Origin: Bacteroidales bacterium
GTDB taxonomy: Bacteria; Bacteroidota; Bacteroidia; Bacteroidales; VadinHA17
Reading direction: 5' to 3'
Assembly (NCBI GenBank): GCA_016928075.1
Contig: JAFGLJ010000001.1
Location: forward strand, 35,146-99,145
DNA length: 64,000 nt
In this document: positions 56,839 through 64,000 of the stretch, piece after piece
Numbering within the stretch: the stretch's first letter is position 1
How the letters are laid out: the number at the start of each line of letters is the position of its first letter
The notes under the pieces: generated by a model
Told to the model about the DNA's origin: nothing
Seen by the model: the letters and a program-made list of their open reading frames with translations, nothing else
Databases searched by the model: none
Position numbers and translations under genes: made by a program

Positions 56839-57199
56839 CTGTCATGTTGCAGGTGGGTATTGTGTATAAATAAAATTAGTTCAGAAATTAATAATTGCGA
56901 TTTTGATAGCCTACAGTCATTTTTAATCCCTCAATCAATTAGTACATATTAGATTCATGTGAGATTTTGATAGTCATTCTGAAGTTGAGAGAGCTGCATC
57001 GAAAAGGATTGCATTATATGCACGTCAAGAAATTGATAGGATTATTAATACACATGGTGTAAGGATTCCTTAATTAGGAGAGTAAGAATCTAAATATTCT
57101 TGACAGTGAATATAAGTTCTCGTAACTTTATTTACTTAAAGGTAACTATCTATTATTAATCCTTCTTATGTATTGGAGTTAAAATTAAACACATGAGCT

Positions 57200-57877
57200 A
57201 TGAAAACAAATGCACTACACCGGTTTTCTTCAACAGTTATAGTTATTATGATAGTAATAACAGCTATGTATTTTTCTGGATGTCGACCAACACCATTGCA
57301 AATCTATGATTTTGAAGATGGTACAACTCAAGGGTGGAAAGTAACTGCTGTATCAGATGATCAACAAAACTTTTACACACCATTTTTCGATTTATATCAT
57401 AGTGGAAAGAATCAAAATCTAAAAAGTGGGTATTTAGTTATTAGTGGTGGTCAATTTGGATCGTGGTCACAAGTGTCAGGTTTTCCTGAGAACACATCAA
57501 AATACTGGGAACTTACTGCATATTATACAGGCTTAGAGGCATGGGGGTCTGATATTTGGCAGGGGATTAAGGGAGTTGAGGCTGATGTTCAGGATGACTT
57601 CGGAACTGGACCAGACCAGATTAAGGTAAATATAGGATTAAGAGTGGATTTAGGAGGACAATCTAAAGAAATCGCCGAAACAGACACACAAGGCAATCCG
57701 ATTTTTCATCCCATTAATCATGCTTCTTCAGGTAAATGGAGCAACCTGAAAGCAAATCTTATTGTACCTTCAAATGCAATAGTCGATCAGGTTTGGATAA
57801 AATTTAAAGGGGATTTAAATCCTGGACTTTATGAGGGTGGAGGATTATACATTGACAATGTGAAACCTGTTAAGTGA
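57200..57877 (+). CDS. Hypothetical lipoprotein (beta-sandwich/CBM-like)
   Basis: The signal has a Cys lipobox (MYFSGC). 225 aa. No family recognised. Confidence 0.55.
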   Translation: MKTNALHRFSSTVIVIMIVITAMYFSGCRPTPLQIYDFEDGTTQGWKVTAVSDDQQNFYTPFFDLYHSGKNQNLKSGYLVISGGQFGSWSQVSGFPENTSKYWELTAYYTGLEAWGSDIWQGIKGVEADVQDDFGTGPDQIKVNIGLRVDLGGQSKEIAETDTQGNPIFHPINHASSGKWSNLKANLIVPSNAIVDQVWIKFKGDLNPGLYEGGGLYIDNVKPVK

Positions 57878-57893
57878 TTTTATTTGATCAAAT

Positions 57894-57921
57894 AAAAAAC
57901 CCCGGACAATAAGTCCAGGGG
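57894..57921 (-). terminator. Rho-independent terminator (minus-strand sense), shared intergenic hairpin
   Basis: On the minus strand it reads CCCCTGGAC-TTATT-GTCCGGGG followed by TTTTTTATTT. It lies downstream of the FISUMP gene plus intron transcript. Confidence 0.6.
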
Positions 57922-58002
57922 TGGTGCTGTATTCCCTCGTACGTAGCATTAAAAAAAGACTGACATTATAATTAAATGGATTCATCTATTGATCGGGGTC
58001 AA

Positions 58003-60019
58003 GTAGGCCAGGGGAGTTTCACCCCAAGCCCCTCACAGAACCGTACGTGACAGTCTCCCGTCATACGGCTCTTCCAGACAAACTTACACAGTAAATCCAT
58101 AAGTCCAATGGACAAAGGTATTGGGATACCACTTCATCATACGTTTCAACCAGCCATAAGACTTGGCGTACGTACGCAACAAGTACTTCTTCCTTGCCCA
58201 CTTAGCAATGCGGACATTTAATAATCTAAATACCCATTGCATCTCGGACAGGCGAAAGTGTCCATAGTAATTGATCCAGCCCCTGATCTTCGGGGCAAGG
58301 AAGTTTGCCAGACTCTGGATATCTTCCGACACCCAGTTGTGTATGGATAACTTCCTCAGCTCACCGACGATCTTCTGCTGACTCTTCTTACTAATGGCCG
58401 GTCGAAAACCCCAGAACTTTTCCCCGTTCGACTTCTCGCAGATTCTGGGTTTAAATGTAAATCCCAGAAAATCAAAAGACACTGGGATGTCCTTTTATTC
58501 CTTGAAAAATCGGGCGGTCCGATAGCAGTAAACTATCCTTGTTTTCTCGGGGTGTACATTCAGTGAATACCTCTTTAACCTTGCTTTCAACTTATCCAAT
58601 ATGAAGTAAGATTGCTCTCGACTCCTTGTGTGGATCACAATGTCATCGGCATATCTCTCAAACACGATTAATTGTTGGGTATTGGCCAACCACTGATCAA
58701 AAGCCTCATGTAGGTAGAGATTCGCAAGCAATGGACTAAGCACTCCGCCTTGCGGTGTGCCTTTGCTTCTTGTTTCCAATTCTCCACTCTTTCTTTGTAC
58801 TTGTGCTTTCAACCATCTTTCGCAATAGAGAAGGATATGACTCTGATCTGTGTGCTTCCGCAAGATCGACATCATTCGTCCATGGTCTATGTTATCAAAG
58901 AAGCTTTTGATATCCAAGTCTACTACATACCCCGCTCCCAGCAGTTCTTTGCACATTGTTCAACGGCATCGTGAGCACTCTTGCCCGGACGATACCCGAA
59001 TGAGCTTGGGTGGAACCTTGGCTCAACTGTTTTCTCCAGTTCAGCCCGGATCACCTCCTGTGCTACCCTGTCCAGAACGGTGGGTACACCCAGTACCCGC
59101 TTCTTGACTCTTCCTTTGGGAATGAGCACCTCCTTGACCGGCGGAGGAAAATAACTTCCGCTGGCAAGCCTGTTCCACAAAGGATACAAGTATTTGCGCG
59201 GATTTGCATCAATCTGGTCGATCCCGACCTGGTCTATTCCCATGCCTGAACCGCCTTTCCTGATCCGCTTCCATGCTGACCATACCTGTTCTTTACTTAC
59301 TGGTTGAGTCTTCGATTTTAACTCCTCAATCATCCTTTCTTCAAGTTGTTGCTCTCATTAAAATCAGCCTGGTGAAGCCCTTCGCTCCATCCCCATTACA
59401 GGAACTTCATCACTACTACAGCTTCATCCGCCACCAAACAGCACATCTCTACTTTTGGCCTTACAGGTTTTCTGCTTGTGCCGTTTCGATTTTTACATTG
59501 CTGCCTGGCTTCCATAGTTCCATACTCAAGCCCATATGTAGTTCCTGCTGCCTTTATGCCGAGTGCCAATACAGGCGGTTTATATCCCAGGTAACCCCTG
59601 TACTTGTCCCGGAACAGACTAAGTTCCCCCGGTTTCTGACACTGTCTAAATCAATTTCGGCACCTTATCGGACAGTTCACTTTCGTTCAGCTCCTACGTA
59701 CACACCTGAAGTGCTTTTTGCAGCACCCCTTTTCCTTAGCCGCTCAGTACCTCATCCCTTAGAACGAAGCACCGTAAGGTGGTTTGGCAGGTTCCCCTGA
59801 TAGCCCCTGCCGGTGGATCAGCCCTGTACTCTGCTATGATTACTTGATCGTAGTGAGGCCTCCCTGGGTACCCTTGTCCATCGGGGCAGGGCTCGTTCCC
59901 TTCAGGTATTCATTACTTTGTACAGCCCACCATCTTGAGTATAGTTGGCTGATTAAGTTGAAAAAGACAAAAGACTGGTACAGTGCGCTTCTGTACCCTT
60001 AATCAGCGCCTGTGCGCAC
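58003..60019 (-). mobile_element. Bacterial group II intron (~2.0 kb)
   Basis: The minus strand starts with GTGCGCACAG at 60019 (5' GUGCG consensus). A textbook domain V, GAGCCGTATGACGGGAGACTGTCACGTACGGTTC, lies at 58038-58071. RT/maturase ORFs sit in domain IV. The 3' end (~58003, ...GGCCTAC) is an estimate within about 30 nt. Confidence 0.85.
58084..59333 (-). pseudogene. Group II intron reverse transcriptase/maturase, split into three frames
   Basis: ORFs 58923-59333 (RT domains 0-2: ...VLIPKGRVKKRVLGVPTVLDRVAQ), 58495-58956 (RT 3-7: DLDIKSFFDNIDH...GTPQGGVLSPLLANLYL...YADDIVI) and 58084-58482 (domain X: FDFLGFTF...WINYY). Together they form one IEP interrupted by frameshifts near 58940 and 58490. 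Confidence 0.85.
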
Positions 60020-60709
60020 CTAATCTTTAATACAACGAACAGATAAACCTGCTTTCTTACTCAAAAAATGAGTAATAACCCAACCTCCACCTGACATATC
60101 CCGATACCATGCCTCATCGTTGGTAGTATCAGTAGAAGTCCACCAGCAACCGTAGTCGCCAATGCCATTGAAATCGCTATAATAATAACCACGTTTCCCG
60201 CCCGGGAGGGCTGTAAATCCAGTTTCGTTTGTTGCATAGAAATTATATTCCCAATGCGTAGTGCCTGTTTCCATAAGCTTAAAGGCAGTTTCTTCCATTA
60301 AATATGTTGTTAGAATTCTCCATTCAAAATCGCTCGGCACATGCCAGCCAATGGGGCATAATTTGCCAGTATTTACAGCATACCAGTTATAAAGGCCACC
60401 ATAAACACTTCCATAGAATTCCTTTTCATTATCATACCAGCAAAACCCAGGTGACCTAAGGTTCTTCCATTCTGTATAATCAGTAACTAAAGGTATATCA
60501 GTGCCATCATTGAATTTTGTAGTTTTAAGGTTCTCTACCATCCAGACCTGTGATCCTATTCTTACACTTGTGTAAACATTACCATCAATGTCGGTAATTT
60601 CACTCTTCGGTTTTTCTTTCTGACAATGGGTTATCAGATTAAGTAAAACAACGAGAAAAAAAAAGTGCCAGTTTGTGAAATTCGATTTAATCATATTGAA
60701 ATTATTCAA
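60020..60709 (-). CDS. FISUMP (Fibrobacter succinogenes major paralogous) domain lipoprotein
   Basis: DGNVYTSVRIGSQVWMVENLK...YGGLYNWYAV...LCPIGWHVPSDFEW are hallmark motifs of the TIGR02145 family. Confidence 0.8.
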   Translation of the reverse strand: MNNFNMIKSNFTNWHFFFLVVLLNLITHCQKEKPKSEITDIDGNVYTSVRIGSQVWMVENLKTTKFNDGTDIPLVTDYTEWKNLRSPGFCWYDNEKEFYGSVYGGLYNWYAVNTGKLCPIGWHVPSDFEWRILTTYLMEETAFKLMETGTTHWEYNFYATNETGFTALPGGKRGYYYSDFNGIGDYGCWWTSTDTTNDEAWYRDMSGGGWVITHFLSKKAGLSVRCIKD

Positions 60710-60955
60710 TTCACTATAAACAAATAGCCCTGAATGAAACGTCCCTAATTTTCACTTATTTACAAAGTTAAACCATTAAAGACTTAAAATCAAGCTTTAT
60801 ATAAATAGCAATTATACTAAACCATATATAACATTATACTGTTATGTCCACCGGCTGCCTCTTGTTCTCATTAAAATTTTAAAGCCACCCATCATTAACA
60901 GACAGGTGGCATTCAGCAACCCTTTTCAGTCACTGACTAATCGACTATTCTACCG

Positions 60956-61091
60956 CGCTGCGGTAGTGTAAGGGTGGGGTTGATCCTTTACCCACAGGTG
61001 TAACCGTGGCTATTACTGTTCACCCACTTCCGACTTCATCCCGATAACCCGTGATTACGTCGGACAATGCAGTGGGTCTGGCAGGGAGCAG
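60956..61091 (+). repeat. ~136-bp dispersed repeat, family 3, copy B
   Basis: See copy A (48857-48995). The two copies are in opposite orientation. Confidence 0.85.
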
Positions 61092-61115
61092 GGGGCAGGG
61101 AGCAGGGAGCAGGGA
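61081..61115. repeat. Tandem heptamer (GCAGGGA)x5
   Basis: gcaggga gcagggg gcaggga gcaggga gcaggga read directly. It extends the end of repeat copy B. Copy A has a single unit. Confidence 0.9.
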
Positions 61116-61536
61116 GAATAAAATTGGCTGCCGCGGGCGAGCAATCCTGGTGGATTTATACCAAAACTAAGGCTAAATCACAGCCTACTCACCCTGGTAA
61201 TCAACATATCACTTTGCCTCAGTGAACACGGGGTCGGGATAGGAAAGAGGCGGTTCTATGTCAAAGGGTTCGGAGGATGACTGAGGGACCGGTGCATTGG
61301 CGAAAAGCTTTAGAGGCAGGGATTCAACCTCGTCCAGGAGAACTTCTCGGTCATCATCAGGCACAGCAGTACCCAGTCCCGGACCGGGTACAAGATAATT
61401 TTGCAATCCGTTATCCCCTGGTCCGGCTGCAGCCCAGGCTGAAGGGATAGTCACGGGAGCAAACCAGCCTTCATCGCCCATTACCTGGATAAAATGGATA
61501 TATCATGGACCATGTGGGATTACCCTGGGGGCTTCC

Positions 61537-62406
61537 TCAGGAGGGCACACGCATTTTATCATGGCCAAAGTGCTGGTCGAGTATTGACACTATCTCATTG
61601 GCATTTGTCTCAATAGGGCGGTTGGTTACCTTAAGAACGTAAAACCCGCCCTTTGTGAATATATTATTTGCATAGTCAAGCTCCATCCTCACTTTTCTCG
61701 GGTTAATATAATCATGGTCAGGTGAAAGTCTCATCTCCCTTACCCTGTTAGTACGCTGGGCTATCAGGTAATTGGTCGTTGTGGTAAGCCCGAACACCCT
61801 TCGCGAATCAGCCTCATACAATTCTTTCGGAGGTTCTTGTTCCGGGATAATAGGAACGTTGGCCACCCTCCAGCCGAACATACCAAGGTAAATGCTTAAC
61901 GGTGTCTTCCCTGTCCTGGAAACGCCGGTAAGGACAATGTCAGCCATTGAGATCTTCTGGACATTAAGGCCATCATCATGCTTCATGGTGAATTCAATGG
62001 CTTCTATCCTCCTGAAATATTCAATATTGCTGAGCCTGTATAATCCCGGCTTGCTTAATGGCTGGGTGCCCAGAGATTGAGAGAGAAAATCTGAAAGGCC
62101 ACCAAAAATGTCAAAATTCGGAACCCCATGCTCTTCACAAGCCCTGATCACCTCCTTGCGCATTACAGGGTCAACCATAGTATGAACAATAACACCTTTC
62201 CGTCCCCTGGCTTTCTCAACCGTTTCAAGGATAACCTGTTTTGAATGAACATCGGGCACAACTTTTATAGGACACTTATATTCCGGAAATTGTATAAGAA
62301 CCGATCTTACAACATTATTACCCGAAAGACCTTTGCCTCCAGAGACCACATATATGGTAGGGCAAATTCTGTTATGATCATTTTTACTTTTATCGTTTTG
62401 TTGCAT
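61537..62406 (-). CDS. Pyruvate,water/phosphate dikinase regulatory protein (kinase/pyrophosphorylase, DUF299/PpsR family)
   Basis: 289 aa. The P-loop is GVSRTGKTPLSIYL, followed by ANVPI. Confidence 0.8.
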   Translation of the reverse strand: MQQNDKSKNDHNRICPTIYVVSGGKGLSGNNVVRSVLIQFPEYKCPIKVVPDVHSKQVILETVEKARGRKGVIVHTMVDPVMRKEVIRACEEHGVPNFDIFGGLSDFLSQSLGTQPLSKPGLYRLSNIEYFRRIEAIEFTMKHDDGLNVQKISMADIVLTGVSRTGKTPLSIYLGMFGWRVANVPIIPEQEPPKELYEADSRRVFGLTTTTNYLIAQRTNRVREMRLSPDHDYINPRKVRMELDYANNIFTKGGFYVLKVTNRPIETNANEIVSILDQHFGHDKMRVPS

Positions 62407-62506
62407 GATATCGCATCTTTTGAATATAGATTCTCAAAAGATAAGATATTTTATCGAATTGTTATCAGGCTATTATCCTTGATGGCTCCCGTTCATTAAC
62501 AATTTC

Positions 62507-63631
62507 TTACTCCTTATTTGAAGTTCTATCCAGAATATCCCGGGTCCATTCCCTGTTTGCCCACAGAGTACATCCACCTGCTGATTCTTTTAGTCTTGAA
62601 TGTTCAGCACGAATATTCCTGAGAAATTCTGATTGAAGTCCCTCTACAAGGCTTCTCCCGGCAAGATTCACATCTGACCAGGGAGCAAAAGGGCATGGTT
62701 CAAGATCACCTGTGGAACTTACATGAACAAAGCCTCGTCCTGCAGCAAGGCATCCTCCATATTGTTCTTCATCCCCCGGTAAAGCTACGAATAAGGAAGA
62801 AAACACCAGCCTGAGATTCGTCAACCTTGATGACATTCTTGATTTCTGCTCATCACTCAGGCAGTTATTGACATCCCCGTTACCCGAAGGTACATATTCC
62901 ACGAAGAAGAATAACCTGCAACCGAGTTCATAATAATCGTTGATAAATTCAGGGCTCATAACTTCCTCAAAATTATACCTGTCAAGGGTGATGGAAATAC
63001 CATAGAACATTTTTTGTTTCTTCATTTCCAGGGCAGCATTTATTACTTTCCTATATACTCCCCTGCCCCTGCGGTTATCTGTTTTAAGCATATCGCCTTC
63101 GAGGCTTAGCACGGGTATAAGATTCCTGTTATCATTGAACAGGTCCATATAACCATTCTGAAGTAATAAACCATTTGTAAATACCGGGAATAGGGTGTTA
63201 TCCTGGGCTGCTGCAGCTTCAAGTACATCCCTCCTCATCAGGGGTTCTCCTCCTGCAAGCAATATGATGCCGGTACCCAGGTCGGATGCTTCTGAGAATA
63301 ATTCCCTGATACGATCAGATAATAATTCATTATTGCTATTTCTTTTCTGTGCATGAGCGTAGCACCCTGCACAGTTGAGGTTACACCTGTTGGTGATACT
63401 GAATATCATTACAGGAGGTACTTCCATTCCCTGTTTTGCCATCTTACTGCGGTTCTTTAAAGCTCTTATCTGGTTCCTGAGAGTTTTAAACCAGAAGAGA
63501 TTACTCCCCCGTGACAGGTTTATCTGCCATATTCTCAAAAAAAGTGCCGTCATCTGTCGGGAAAAACGCTTATTGTAATTTGATATATTTTTTGTTTCCA
63601 TGATGTTGGTTTTTGCTTTAAACATAATCAT
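62507..63631 (-). CDS. Radical SAM protein with C-terminal Cys-rich (SPASM-like) region
   Basis: CxxxCxxC in TNRCNLNCAGCYA, with later GGC...C.F and GGCTLW cysteines. The start codon choice is uncertain (several Met near the N-terminus). Confidence 0.75.
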   Translation of the reverse strand: MIMFKAKTNIMETKNISNYNKRFSRQMTALFLRIWQINLSRGSNLFWFKTLRNQIRALKNRSKMAKQGMEVPPVMIFSITNRCNLNCAGCYAHAQKRNSNNELLSDRIRELFSEASDLGTGIILLAGGEPLMRRDVLEAAAAQDNTLFPVFTNGLLLQNGYMDLFNDNRNLIPVLSLEGDMLKTDNRRGRGVYRKVINAALEMKKQKMFYGISITLDRYNFEEVMSPEFINDYYELGCRLFFFVEYVPSGNGDVNNCLSDEQKSRMSSRLTNLRLVFSSLFVALPGDEEQYGGCLAAGRGFVHVSSTGDLEPCPFAPWSDVNLAGRSLVEGLQSEFLRNIRAEHSRLKESAGGCTLWANREWTRDILDRTSNKE

Positions 63632-63807
63632 GCAAGGAAGTATCAGGAATCAGAAATCGGCAAGTGAAGGATAAAGACAGGCCAACGACGAACGGCGAAC
63701 GACTAAATGGAACTTACCAGATAATTGGTTTAACTTTATCCAGGGTATTTTCTTCCAAATAAGTATTTATGCTGTAAATTCGCATTATAACTTAAAGTAG
63801 AATTGCC

Positions 63808-64000
63808 ATGAAAACTCCATTCTTCATAAGGTTACGGAATTTCTTCAGAACGACGGCTCTTGGTGGACTGGTTGCAATATTACCGCTTGTACTGATCGTT
63901 ATTTTCTTCCGCTGGATAATAAACATTATACAGAGATACCTGGAACCATTGGTGAACCTTATTAATACTGAGTCACAGCTGATGATAATTGCATTATACG
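63808..64000 (+). CDS. DUF502-like membrane protein, 5' partial (runs off the window)
   Basis: ATG 63808. MKTPFFIRLRNFFRTTALGGLVAILPLVLIVIFFRWI resembles DUF502 N-termini. The ORF is open to the window end. Confidence 0.55.
   Translation, partial: MKTPFFIRLRNFFRTTALGGLVAILPLVLIVIFFRWIINIIQRYLEPLVNLINTESQLMIIALY

Noticed and set aside
59273-60002. Plus-strand ORFs 59273-59800 and 59784-60002.
   Set aside because: They are antisense to group II intron domains I-III and their translations are proline/serine/leucine-rich with no motifs. They are artefacts of structured non-coding RNA sequence.
61209-61481. 90-aa minus-strand ORF (Pro/Gly/Asp-rich) downstream of the PpsR-like gene.
   Set aside because: It has no recognisable domain, a biased composition and no obvious ribosome-binding context. 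It may be real, but I cannot support it.
1-64000. CRISPR array.
   Set aside because: The repeated palindromes are dispersed single copies at gene ends, not regularly spaced direct repeats with unique spacers. The only tandem array is a 7-bp x5 microsatellite at 61081-61115.

Overview
The 64-kb window looks like a Bacteroidota chromosome. Evidence: a T9SS C-terminal sorting domain, DUF4402/DUF5683/DUF5916/FISUMP-type proteins, lipoprotein signals and a TAnnTTTG-like promoter motif. The left part (0-14.6 kb) is ordinary metabolism and glycan/peptide degradation: a Pat-like acyl-CoA synthetase/GNAT, an Fe-ADH, GH127 and an S9 peptidase. Two loci stand out. (1) 14.9-24.8 kb is a six-gene surface-fibre locus. 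It has three DUF4402 minor-pilin-like subunits, a PapD-like chaperone, a 1268-aa repeat adhesin with a T9SS sorting tail, and a 1201-aa usher-like outer-membrane protein ending in three SPOR domains. I read it as a chaperone/usher-like machine in a phylum not known for them. (2) 42.0-46.7 kb is a divergent gene pair flanked by broken genes. One gene encodes RelA/SpoT-like synthetase-TPR-SLOG-like-RyRx2. The other encodes a pore-loop channel-RCK(TrkA-N)-RyRx2. I read it as a candidate nucleotide-signalling or abortive-infection module. The right third (47-61 kb) is mosaic. It holds at least four dispersed palindromic repeat families, a RAYT-type HUH transposase carrying its own palindrome in frame, a tRNA-Arg(CCU) surrounded by fragments of itself, and a group II intron with a frameshifted RT. 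A ~137-bp inverted repeat pair brackets 12 kb of this region. There are several gene-inactivating lesions: a thiE frameshift in an A6 run, a thiE'-'thiL fusion, and in-frame stops at 41445 and 46879. No CRISPR array, rRNA or recognisable riboswitch was seen. All domain calls come from reading motifs by eye, and no database search was run.
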